IMG/VR virus record: IMGVR_UViG_3300027759_003166
DNA length: 64,000 nt
Strand: one strand, 5' to 3'
DNA from: a virus
Lineage: Duplodnaviria > Caudoviricetes
Shown in pieces: positions 1 to 10,400 of this stretch. Below the pieces are notes generated by a model, which saw nothing but the letters and a program-made list of their open reading frames with translations, was not told where the DNA came from and searched no databases. Numbering within the stretch: position 1 is the stretch's first letter; each line of letters starts with the position of its first letter. A program made the position numbers and the translations under genes.

Positions 1-1266
1 CTAAACAAAGCATCATCGATTGTAGGAACAGCATTACCATCTACTAAAGATTTAACATCTAACATAAGATTAAACACATCAGGATTAGCTAGTCTTGGAC
101 AAGCTGCATTAGCTGGACTAGGTGCAGCAGCAACTGTGGCCACAGTTGCAAACTTATTAAAAAGTGACCCTTCGAAGAACGGTTTAACAGGATTAATTGG
201 TGGAGCCCTGGCAACATCTGCAATCGGCACCCTTCGCAATATAGCCAATCAAGGGTCTGGTATAGGCAAAGGTGCTACAATATCAATAACTCCAAGAACA
301 GGCCCACCGGGTATATATACATCAAATGAACTTAAACAAGGATTAGATATTAGCTCTACATCGTTGTCGGCAGGCAGTGTATCCAATGCTGCATCTGTTA
401 TTGGTTCTAATATAATTAACACCGCGAAAGATATAGGCGGCGCAGCCAATAACATCATAAAAGGAGTTGGTGATAAAATTAATTCACTAACGTCTATGCC
501 AACGGACCCAAATGCCATTGCTGCTAAAGTTGGGTTAGACCCTACTAAATTATCAGGACTTGTAGGTGCAGCAGGTATAGGTGGATTATTTCAGAGTAAA
601 TTGCCTTCGCAAGTTACTGCTATACTTGATAACATTCCAAAAAATGTAAATTTAGAGCAATTAAAAAATCAAGGATTGGTATTAGATTTTATTCCTGTTA
701 AGAAAATTGGGAATATTCCAGCAGCGCCACCGTTTGCTACTGCTCCTATTGCACAGCCTGATCCTGCATATCTTAAACAGGTAGTTGCCCAAGGCGGGCC
801 CAAAGCATTGCAAAATTTATTTGGTGTTAATAGTATGAGTAAACTATCTACTAATTTAGTATCAGGCGACCTAATAGCATCTGCTGAACAATCATTATCC
901 AATGAAAGACTTAATCCGTTTGGTAATTTATCAAAACTAACCAATGGTGTGGATATAACTGCTTTTACAGATAAAGTTGGCTCGGTAAAAGCAGGGTTAA
1001 CTAGTTTACCAGGATTTGCTGCAAATCTTAATATACCAGACATGAATATTACTGGATCTGTTGCCGACAAGTTTGGAAGTTCATTATCAATAAAAAATCC
1101 AATTGCATCATTAATTGGTAACACTCCTCTTTCTCCACCATATTCAGGAACTGACCCGTCAATTAGGTCAAGACTAGGAATGCCATCATTAGGCAATGCA
1201 TCTATTGCCGCATACATACCGTCAGTAAGTAAGCCGCCAACTGATTTAACAGATTTTTACGGATAA
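1..1266 (+). CDS. C-terminal part of a G/A/S/N-rich probable virion (baseplate hub region) protein; 5' end lies outside the window
   Basis: Frame 1 is open from base 1 (LNKASSIVGTALP...) to TAA at 1264-1266, so the track start at 136 is probably an artefact. Low-complexity sequence directly upstream of the gp5-like gene. Confidence 0.6.
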   Translation, partial: LNKASSIVGTALPSTKDLTSNIRLNTSGLASLGQAALAGLGAAATVATVANLLKSDPSKNGLTGLIGGALATSAIGTLRNIANQGSGIGKGATISITPRTGPPGIYTSNELKQGLDISSTSLSAGSVSNAASVIGSNIINTAKDIGGAANNIIKGVGDKINSLTSMPTDPNAIAAKVGLDPTKLSGLVGAAGIGGLFQSKLPSQVTAILDNIPKNVNLEQLKNQGLVLDFIPVKKIGNIPAAPPFATAPIAQPDPAYLKQVVAQGGPKALQNLFGVNSMSKLSTNLVSGDLIASAEQSLSNERLNPFGNLSKLTNGVDITAFTDKVGSVKAGLTSLPGFAANLNIPDMNITGSVADKFGSSLSIKNPIASLIGNTPLSPPYSGTDPSIRSRLGMPSLGNASIAAYIPSVSKPPTDLTDFYG

Positions 1267-1271
1267 AATAA

Positions 1272-3572
1272 ATGACAGAAGATATACGATCGCATGGTTC
1301 AAGAGATAGCCGAGATTCACCTGGCCCGTTCCTTGCTGAGGTAACAAACCACGTTGACTCTACTTATATGGGAATGTTAGAAGTTGCGTTAATAGGAGGT
1401 ATGCCCAATTCTCCTAAGGTAAAAGCTGAAACTTTTGTTGTTAGATATCTAAGTCCGTTCTCTGGTGTTACTTCTAGTAGATACGAAGGAACCAATAGTA
1501 GTGATTTTAATGATGTACAAAAAAGTTATGGATTTTGGATGGTTCCTCCTGATGTAGGATCTCGTGTTATGGTGTTGTTCATTGACGGAGATCGCAATCA
1601 AGGATATTGGATTGGTTGTGTATCTGATATGTTTCAAAATCATATGATACCAGGCATTGCCGCTAGCAAGCAAGTAAAGATGACCGATGAGCAACGTAGA
1701 AAATATGGAACAGATAATCTTCCAGTTGCCGAATTTCATAAAAGATCTCAAGATTTAAAAAATCCAAATCCTCAAAAATGGGCCAAACCAATACATCCAT
1801 TTGCTGATAGATTAATGCAACAAGGTCTGCTGTTAGACACAATAAGGGGTGTTACGTCTAGCGGTGCTCGTAGAGAAGTTCCTAGCAGTGTATTTGGAAT
1901 ATCAACACCAGGCCCAGTAGATGATAGCCCTGGGGCCAAAAGAGGACATATTGGCTACGGTGCAGGAACACGAGCACCTGTAAGCAGATTAGGCGGAACT
2001 ACGTTTGTTATGGATGATGGGGACGTTAATGGTCAAAATGAATTAGTAAGATTACGTACAAGAACAGGGCATCAGATACTAATGCATAATAGTCAAGATT
2101 TAATCTACATTGGTAATAGCAAAGGAACAACGTGGATTGAATTAACATCACAAGGCAAGATTGATATATATGCACAAGATTCTGTAAGCATACATTCAGA
2201 ACAAGATTTTAATTTCCGAGCTGATAGAGATATTAATATTGAAGCAGGCCGCAATATTAATGTCAAAGCAGGTAAGAACATGGAAACAAATATTACAGGT
2301 TATAATTATCTTACTGTAGATGGCGATCAAAAAATTGCTGTTAGAGGAGCACACGATGAAACTATTGGAGATGCAGTTAAAATTACAGTAGGTAATAGTT
2401 ATAATTTAAGTTCAACAAATGATATAAAACAATCTGCAGAAGGAACAATTAATTTTTCAGCAGAGGGCAATCTTAATTTAGGTACAGCAGCACAAATGAA
2501 TCTAGGCGCCAATGGTAATATTTTAGGATCGGGTGCTAATATACATTGGAACGGTCCGGCAGCACTTGCTCCTGCTCAAGCAGATGCTGCTACTATGCCA
2601 CCACAATTGCCATTGTTTAGTTTACCTAATAGAGATGTATCAGCAGGATGGGCCAATGGGATATTTTATAATACTAGTCCTATTAAATCTATTATGCAAC
2701 GTGTTCCTACTCACGAGCCGTGGCAACAACATGAAAATCTTAATCCACAACAATTTTCTGCTGCTGCCACTGATGTTACGTTAGCCAATACACCAAGTTC
2801 TAGCAGAGCAGCCGCCGGAGTCCCTCCCAATCCAGCATCAGAATCTCAAACACCTGCTAATCAACCAGACATTGTTCCAGGAACTTGTACACCTGAATAT
2901 TCTAAAGATACTAATGCTGCTTCAGCACAAGCAGGTATTGCAGCAATTAAAGCAGCCTGTGCAAAATATGGGTTAACAAGTCCATATGCAGTAGCTTCAT
3001 TGTTAGGAATTGTAGGCGGTGAATGTCTTTGGAAAGCATCAGAAGGCAATTACAATTATACTGCTGATAGATTGCTTTATGTGTTCCCAAGTGTATTCAA
3101 GGGTGATAAAGAATTGGCGCAAAAGTATGCCGGCAATCCTAATAATAGTTTACCTGAATTCTTATATGGTTCTACCACAGACAAAGGCAAATCATTGGGT
3201 AATACACAACCCGGCGATGGTCTCAAATATATTGAAAGAGGGTATATTCAATTATTAGGCAGGGCCAATTATACCAAGTATGGTCCTATGGTAGGCAAAG
3301 ACCTACTCAATAGTCCTGAATTATTAAACGATTCTGCAATTGCGGCAGAAGTTAGCGTCAAATATATGTTAGACAAATGTAAACTTGAACAAACAGATAC
3401 CGGATACTTTGAAGCTGCTATTAAAGCTGTTGGACATAACACCACTGACATCTATGCTAGAAAGAAAGGCTATTATGAATGCTTCTTAGGGCAATTAAAA
3501 GGTGGAACACTGAGCGCCGGCAATAAAGGAATAGTAACTGATAGCAGCGGAAAACCTATTCCTAACGGTTAA
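1272..3572 (+). CDS. Baseplate central spike (T4 gp5/VgrG-like) with C-terminal GH19 lysozyme domain
   Basis: N-terminal OB-fold-type segment (GFWMVPPDVGSRVMVLFIDGDRNQGYWIGC); LRTRTGHQILMH and short beta-strand repeats of gp5 spikes; C-terminal GIVGGEC...RGYIQLLGRANY resembles GH19; directly upstream of a gp25-like gene. Confidence 0.85.
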   Translation: MTEDIRSHGSRDSRDSPGPFLAEVTNHVDSTYMGMLEVALIGGMPNSPKVKAETFVVRYLSPFSGVTSSRYEGTNSSDFNDVQKSYGFWMVPPDVGSRVMVLFIDGDRNQGYWIGCVSDMFQNHMIPGIAASKQVKMTDEQRRKYGTDNLPVAEFHKRSQDLKNPNPQKWAKPIHPFADRLMQQGLLLDTIRGVTSSGARREVPSSVFGISTPGPVDDSPGAKRGHIGYGAGTRAPVSRLGGTTFVMDDGDVNGQNELVRLRTRTGHQILMHNSQDLIYIGNSKGTTWIELTSQGKIDIYAQDSVSIHSEQDFNFRADRDINIEAGRNINVKAGKNMETNITGYNYLTVDGDQKIAVRGAHDETIGDAVKITVGNSYNLSSTNDIKQSAEGTINFSAEGNLNLGTAAQMNLGANGNILGSGANIHWNGPAALAPAQADAATMPPQLPLFSLPNRDVSAGWANGIFYNTSPIKSIMQRVPTHEPWQQHENLNPQQFSAAATDVTLANTPSSSRAAAGVPPNPASESQTPANQPDIVPGTCTPEYSKDTNAASAQAGIAAIKAACAKYGLTSPYAVASLLGIVGGECLWKASEGNYNYTADRLLYVFPSVFKGDKELAQKYAGNPNNSLPEFLYGSTTDKGKSLGNTQPGDGLKYIERGYIQLLGRANYTKYGPMVGKDLLNSPELLNDSAIAAEVSVKYMLDKCKLEQTDTGYFEAAIKAVGHNTTDIYARKKGYYECFLGQLKGGTLSAGNKGIVTDSSGKPIPNG

Positions 3573-3578
3573 TAAATA
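3573..3578 (+). promoter_or_regulatory. Putative late promoter core TAAATA
   Basis: TAAATA just upstream of the ATG at 3583. The same motif occurs at 4043-4048 and 25766-25771 (+) and at 55916-55925, 60460-60465, 63918-63923 and 35748-35753 (-). It resembles the T4 late promoter TATAAATA. Confidence 0.55.
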
Positions 3579-3582
3579 TATT

Positions 3583-4020
3583 ATGCCTTACAAAAATCTT
3601 GAAATTAATCCAGTACAGTATAGTGATCAACACACTAATCAGTTAAATCAATACTATCAAGGATTCAGCACAGTTGATCCAACTAATCGAGGATCTAAAC
3701 TCTACGATTTTGATCTAATTAAACAAAATATACTTAATCAATTCAATACTCGTAAAGGTCAACGAGTAATGAATCCTACGTTTGGATCTATTATATGGGA
3801 TATATTAATGGAGCCATTAACTCCACAAATCAGTGAGTTAATTAAACAAGATATTAGTATTATTTGTAATTCAGATCCTAGAGTATATCCTTTAGTAATG
3901 AATGTCAACGAATATCCACAAGGGTATCTAATTGAAATAACATTAGCAATAAAGAACACGAATCAAACTTCTAATCTAAGATTGGCATTTGATCAAAAGA
4001 TTGGATTAGTTGTACAATAA
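3583..4020 (+). CDS. Baseplate wedge subunit, T4 gp25-like
   Basis: 145 aa; LIKQNILNQFNTRKGQRVMNPTFGSIIWDILMEP matches the gp25/GPW family motif; lies between gp5-like and gp6-like genes. Confidence 0.88.
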   Translation: MPYKNLEINPVQYSDQHTNQLNQYYQGFSTVDPTNRGSKLYDFDLIKQNILNQFNTRKGQRVMNPTFGSIIWDILMEPLTPQISELIKQDISIICNSDPRVYPLVMNVNEYPQGYLIEITLAIKNTNQTSNLRLAFDQKIGLVVQ

Positions 4021-4042
4021 TCTACTCACTTAATTACATCAA

Positions 4043-4048
4043 TAAATA
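4043..4048 (+). promoter_or_regulatory. Putative late promoter core TAAATA
   Basis: In the 42-bp intergenic gap, 14 nt upstream of the ATG at 4063. Confidence 0.5.
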
Positions 4049-4062
4049 CGGTATAAACTATT

Positions 4063-7000
4063 ATGATACCATCAACAAACACAAAATTACTAGTTAGCGA
4101 AGATTGGAAAAAGATTTATCAATCTTTTCGTAATGCTGACTTTACAAGCTACGACTTTGAAACACTACGTCGTACAATGATTTCTTATCTTCAGGAAAAA
4201 TATCCTGAAGAATTCAATGATTATATTGACAGCAGTGAATATATTGCCCTTATTGATGTTATTGCTTACCTTGGACAGAATTTAAGTTTCCGTATTGATT
4301 TAAATGCCCGTGAAAACTTTCTTGAAACTGCACAACGTAGAGATAGTATTCTACGTCTTGCACAATTGATTAGTTACAACCCTACCAGAAATGTTCCTGC
4401 TAGTGGTTTCTTAAAATTCACCGCTATATCTACTACTGATAGTGTTTATGATTCAAATGGTACAAATTTAGCAGATACTACAATTGGGTGGAATGATTCA
4501 ACAAACCCTGATTGGTATCAACAATTCATAAACATTATGAATTCTGCAATGCCTAGTAATTTTGGAAATCCTATTGATAGAAAAACCATAGATTCTATAA
4601 CTACAGAACAATATAAAATTTCTAGTTCAACACAAGATGTTCCAGTTTTTAGTTTTTCTAAAAATATAAATGGTACATCAATGAATTTTGAAGTAGTACC
4701 TGCAACATTTTCAGGCAAAGATTATGTCTACGAAGATACTCCAACACCTGCAAATCTTTTTAGTATCATTTATAAAAATGACAACCAGGGAAGCGGAAGT
4801 GCTAACACAGGATTCTTTGCACATTTCAAACAAGGTACAATAAATCTTTCAACATTTAGCATTGGTAATCCAGTAATTAATGAAATTATAGGAATCAATA
4901 CTCCTGACATTAATAATACAGATACTTGGTTATGGCAATTAGATAAGAATGGCAAGTATTCTAAATTATGGACCAGTGTTCCATCATTAGTTGGAAACAA
5001 TGTAATTTATAATAGTGTGAACAATGGCATCAGAACACTATATGCTATAAGTAGCCGTGACCGGGATCAGATAGATTTAAATTTTGCTGACGGTATATTT
5101 GGTGATTTACCAAAAGGAAACTTTACATTCTTTTATAGACAAAGCAATGGGTTAACTTATGTTATTAAACCTGAGCAAATGAGTGGGATTTCTGTAACCA
5201 TACCTTATTTTAATGCCGCAGGTCAAAGTCATTCGTTGACCATAACATTGAGTTTGCAATACACAGTTACTAATAGTGCTGGTGCAGAATCTAATGCTAG
5301 TATACAAACAAAAGCACCGCAAATATATTATACACAAAACAGAATGATTACTGGAGAAGATTATAATATTGCTCCTTTAAAAGCTGGCGCAGACATTTTA
5401 AAAATTAAGAGTGTTAACCGTGTATCGAGCGGTCTTAGTAAATATCTTGATTTATCAGATGTCACAGGCAAGTATAGCAACACTAATATTTTTGCCAACG
5501 ATGGTATTTTATACAAAGAAGAAACCAATAATATATTTGAGTTTGAATTTGCAAATAAAAATCAAGTAGTAGCTGTAATTAAAAATACATTGGCTCCAAT
5601 ACTGTTGTTGCCTGAATTAAGATCTTTCTATTTAAATTATTATTCAAGTATTGATTTATCTACATTTAGTCTATTGTGGAAAGAAGTAAATGTACTTGCA
5701 AATGAAAGCAGAGGATATTTTTATATTAACTCACAGGCTCAATCTGTTGGAGGATCTGGAGTATTAGGATATATTACCAATGGAGCAATGATTCAATTTG
5801 TGGCTCCATTTGGCAAGTATTTTGATAGCAATAATATACTAAAAATTACCCCAACTGCAGGAATACCAACCAACGGTCGTTCATATATTTGGGCCACTGT
5901 TAAACAAGTTATAGGTGATGGTTCATATTCTGGACAAGGCGCCTCATCTAACGGAACAGGACCTATAATTTTTTCAATTCGCGTTCCAGACGGATGCATT
6001 GCCTATACAGTCGTTCCTAAATTTAATAATATATTAAGTTATCCAATTGAAAGTGAAATTGCAAATATTTGCATAACAAAGAAAAATTTTGGATTAACCA
6101 TTGATGCAACTACACGTGAGTGGAGCATTATACTTAACTCTAATTTAAATCTTTCTGCAACATTTAGTTTGTTTAATCAAAACAATGCAGAAGAAGTTGG
6201 ATTAGATGCTAGTTGGTTGATTTCTTTTGTATGGACCGGGAAACAATATAAAGTAAATTATAGATCAGTAAATTATATATTTGAAAGTAATCAAGAAACT
6301 TCTTTCTTTGTTGATAATTCATCTGTTAATTACGATTTTACTACCAATAAAGTTATTAAAGATAAAATTAATATTCTCTCTATAAATTCTCTAGCAATAT
6401 CTTCAACTACAGGATTGGGTAACGATCATCCATGGCAAATTGATGGCGCTGTCATACAATCTGATGGATACGTTGAACCTAAAAAAGTAAAAGTTAGTTT
6501 CTATGATTATAACAATACGGGTCAGTTGTATGATCCTACGTCATTTAATACAATAGTAGGAACTCAATTTGTATATTTTGAAAAAACTGCTGGACAACCA
6601 GGATATAAATTAAGCAATGCCAATATAATTCCATTAGCTAATGAATTTGATTTTTCAATATATAAAAATACATATGGTGCAAACGATGGAGATTTATTTT
6701 ATTTTTACGATGTATCGTTGAATATAGTAAAATATTGGTCTTCAACATATCAAAAATTAATTTATACAGATCAATTCTTTGGTAGGAATGGACGTTCTGA
6801 TATTAAATTCCACTATCAACATAATAGCGGTCATGAAAGACGAATTGATCCTAGCAAATCAAATCTCATAGATATATATGTTTTGACAACTACCTATGAT
6901 AATGATATTAGAAATTGGTTATTAGGAAATCTAAGTACAGAACCATTACCTCCTACTAGTCAGGGATTAGAACAAAATTATATGGAAACATTATCACCTA

Positions 7001-7440
7001 TCAAAGCTATTAGTGATGAGATAGTGTTTCACCCAGTAAAATATAAAGTATTATTTGGATCTGATGCAGTATCTAATTTACAAGCAAAATTTAAAGCAGT
7101 TAAAAACCCTGATAGAATTACAACAGACAATGATTTAAAAACAAGAATACTTTCTGCAATTAATGATTTCTTTGCATTAGAAAACTGGGAGTTTGGTCAG
7201 AGTTTTCACTTTGGTGAATTATCTACCTATGTAATGAATATGCTCACTCCTGATATTACAAACTTTATTATTGTTCCTATCACAGATACAAGTGCATTTG
7301 GAAGTTTGTACGAAGTTACATGTTTATCAAATGAATTATTCATCAGCAGTGCAAAAATTAAAGATATTGAAATTATTGATGCAATTACAGCAACGCAATT
7401 ACGATCATCATCGTCTATTATAACAACAAGTGGATCTTAA
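4063..7440 (+). CDS. Baseplate wedge subunit, T4 gp6-like
   Basis: 1125 aa; DFTSYDFETLRRTMISYL...LIDVIAYLGQNLSFRIDLNARENFLETAQRRDSILRLAQLISYNP and AESNASIQTKAPQIYYTQNRMITGEDY are gp6/baseplate-J-like segments. Confidence 0.85.
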   Translation: MIPSTNTKLLVSEDWKKIYQSFRNADFTSYDFETLRRTMISYLQEKYPEEFNDYIDSSEYIALIDVIAYLGQNLSFRIDLNARENFLETAQRRDSILRLAQLISYNPTRNVPASGFLKFTAISTTDSVYDSNGTNLADTTIGWNDSTNPDWYQQFINIMNSAMPSNFGNPIDRKTIDSITTEQYKISSSTQDVPVFSFSKNINGTSMNFEVVPATFSGKDYVYEDTPTPANLFSIIYKNDNQGSGSANTGFFAHFKQGTINLSTFSIGNPVINEIIGINTPDINNTDTWLWQLDKNGKYSKLWTSVPSLVGNNVIYNSVNNGIRTLYAISSRDRDQIDLNFADGIFGDLPKGNFTFFYRQSNGLTYVIKPEQMSGISVTIPYFNAAGQSHSLTITLSLQYTVTNSAGAESNASIQTKAPQIYYTQNRMITGEDYNIAPLKAGADILKIKSVNRVSSGLSKYLDLSDVTGKYSNTNIFANDGILYKEETNNIFEFEFANKNQVVAVIKNTLAPILLLPELRSFYLNYYSSIDLSTFSLLWKEVNVLANESRGYFYINSQAQSVGGSGVLGYITNGAMIQFVAPFGKYFDSNNILKITPTAGIPTNGRSYIWATVKQVIGDGSYSGQGASSNGTGPIIFSIRVPDGCIAYTVVPKFNNILSYPIESEIANICITKKNFGLTIDATTREWSIILNSNLNLSATFSLFNQNNAEEVGLDASWLISFVWTGKQYKVNYRSVNYIFESNQETSFFVDNSSVNYDFTTNKVIKDKINILSINSLAISSTTGLGNDHPWQIDGAVIQSDGYVEPKKVKVSFYDYNNTGQLYDPTSFNTIVGTQFVYFEKTAGQPGYKLSNANIIPLANEFDFSIYKNTYGANDGDLFYFYDVSLNIVKYWSSTYQKLIYTDQFFGRNGRSDIKFHYQHNSGHERRIDPSKSNLIDIYVLTTTYDNDIRNWLLGNLSTEPLPPTSQGLEQNYMETLSPIKAISDEIVFHPVKYKVLFGSDAVSNLQAKFKAVKNPDRITTDNDLKTRILSAINDFFALENWEFGQSFHFGELSTYVMNMLTPDITNFIIVPITDTSAFGSLYEVTCLSNELFISSAKIKDIEIIDAITATQLRSSSSIITTSGS

Positions 7441-7441
7441 A

Positions 7442-10400
7442 ATGGCAGATAACAAAAAATCAGTTAACCTGTTACCGGAGTATTTACAATCGGTTAAAAA
7501 TTCAAAATTTTTATCAGGTACAATTGATCCATTAATTCAAACCCCACAAATAGAACGTATTGACGGGTTTGTTGGATCAAAAATATCACCTAATTATAAT
7601 ATTAAAACTGATTATTATATTAATGAAGATTCTAGTCTTCGTACAAATTATTCTCTTGAACCTGCACTTATATTAAAAGATCAATCTTCAAAAATTACTG
7701 ATGCAATTGCATTCGATGATTTAATTAATGAAATAAAAATTCAAGGTGGTAACACTGATAATCTTGATCTTTTATTTAGATCAAAGTTTTATTCATACGA
7801 TCCTTATATTGACTGGGATAAGTTAGTAAATTATACACATTATCATTGGTTACCAAATGGTCCAGATTCTATATTGGTAGATGATCTTAAAGCAAATATA
7901 GAAAGCACATCCACATATACAATTCTAAATAATTATTCATTAAGTAACGGAATGAAATTAAAATTGTCATCTGATAATAAAGAATATTATGTTGAAGGTG
8001 TTGGCACAAGTATTAAATTAATTGAAGTAACTTTATTAAATGTAGATGAGCTAGTAGATACAATTTATAATGAAAAATTTGACAGCGACGCATTTGATAA
8101 TTATCCATTTGATGGAGATAAAAAACTACCATTAACTGCGGAATATACTACAATTAATAGAGCTAGTATTGATTCAAATCCGTGGAGTCGTTACAATCGT
8201 TGGTTCCATTTGGAGATAATAAGAATTACCGCAGAGATTAACAAAAGTGATTTTTTGTTATCACTTGATTCTCGTGCAAAACGACCTATTATAGAATTTA
8301 AACCTGATATACAATTATATAATTTTGGTAATATTGGAATTGGAAAAATAGATTTAATCGACGATAATACGCTTGATGCATTTGGTAGTGTTGACGGAAC
8401 ACTTGGTTATTATGTTGATGGCATACTACTTGCACAAGGTAATACTGTAATTTTCAATGCTGATGTTAATGACGATGTTAGAGGAAAAATCTATATTGTA
8501 GACTTTGATTTTAGTACAAATCCTCCCACGTTACAATTAGTAGAATCAATTAATCCTGTAGAGTTAAACTCTATTGTAATAAATTCTGGTAACACATATT
8601 TAGGAACGTCTTGGTATTATAATGCCAATTCTCATACATGGATATATGCTCAACAGCATACTAAAATAAATCAAGCCCCGTTGTTTGACCTTTACAATCA
8701 CGCCCACCAGAGTTACGGAAATACATCTACATATTATAATTCTAATTTTGTTGGATGTAAAATATTTGGATATGATATAGGTACAGGAACAGCAGATTCT
8801 GTATTAGGTTTCCCATTGAAATATCAGAATAGTGTTGGTGTAGGTAGCTATCTGTTTAAGAATTATTTCATGACTGATAGTATCATTGTTACTAATTCTC
8901 CTAATGTTATAAGTTCGACAATTAGTACAGGTATTACTTATTTTAAAGTTAGTGACAATTATGTTAATGTATGGCAACCATCAGTGGAATACCATACTCC
9001 AATTATAGAAATACAAGAAATTGTAAATGCTACTAATACTACTACAATTCAATCAGTTAAAGAATTTACCAATGTTTCAATATTAGTAAATTCAAAATTA
9101 ACAACTGCTACTATATCAGGTTTAAATCTTACGTTCAATAACACATTAAACGTTAATGATGTAGTTTCTTTGTCAATTACATCTAATAATATTCCTAATT
9201 CAAATGGATTCTATGAAGCACCTATTGGATTAACACACAATCCTTTAAATGGTCCAATTTCAGATATGACGTTAAGCGAACTTAGCGATCATCTGGCCAC
9301 TATGATTAACCGTATACCTGAATTTTCAGGAGACTTTCCAGGAATTAATAATTTAAGAGATTTATCTGGATATTCAAAATACGGAACACGTTTGATTGTA
9401 AATTCAAACCCTATTGCTTTTGCAAAAATGTTTTTAGGTAAAAAAGAACATAATTTAGTTGATGCAATACGATATGCCGGTGATCAATATAATCAATTTA
9501 AAATGTATCTATTGAAATCTATTACAAATATTGATTATCAATTATCTCCCGCAGATGCCCTTGATAAAGTTTTAATTAATATTAATAATAATAAAGATGC
9601 CCGTGCTCCTTATTATAGATCTGATATGTTAGGGTACGGCTCTAATAAAATAGTAAAATCATATATTGTTTCAAATATTAATATTGACACATATCCAATT
9701 GGTGTAGACTTTAATCTTTCAACATTAAGTTTTAAATCTGTTTTAGTATATATTGGTAACGAACAATTAATATATGGAAAAGATTACGATATAACAATGG
9801 ATGAAATAGTATTTCATCAAAGTTTAAATATCAATGATGTTATTAATATACATTATTATCCAGACACGCAGGGTTCATTTATACCACCTACTCCAAGTAA
9901 ATTAGGTTTATATCCAACATATGCACCTATTATGTATAGTGATGACTCTTATAGAATTGATTCAAGTATTTTAGTTATAAGAGGGCATGATGGTAGCATT
10001 ATGCCAGCATACAATGATTATAGAGATGCTATTATACTTGAATATGAAAAACGTGTTTTTAATAATATTAAAGTAGAATATGATGCCAAGGTGTTTGATG
10101 TTAATGCCGCATTGCCTGGTATATTTAGAAATGATAGATATTCTTTAATAGATGTAAGTTTAGAAATTCCATCAATACTAAGAAACGATGCTGCGACAAA
10201 ACTATTAACCAAAGATTTTATTAAATGGACAGGTATCTATAATATAGATGCATCAACTAATAATGTGTTTGATGAAGGTGATCCATTTACTTGGAATTAT
10301 AAAAATAGTTACAATACATTAACAAATACAATGCTGTCGGGTTATTGGAGAAGTATATACAAAGACTTCTTTGACACAGATAGACCTGATATACATCCGT

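Noticed and set aside
136-138. GTG start for the first ORF
   Set aside because: The frame is open from base 1, so the gene most likely begins upstream of the window.
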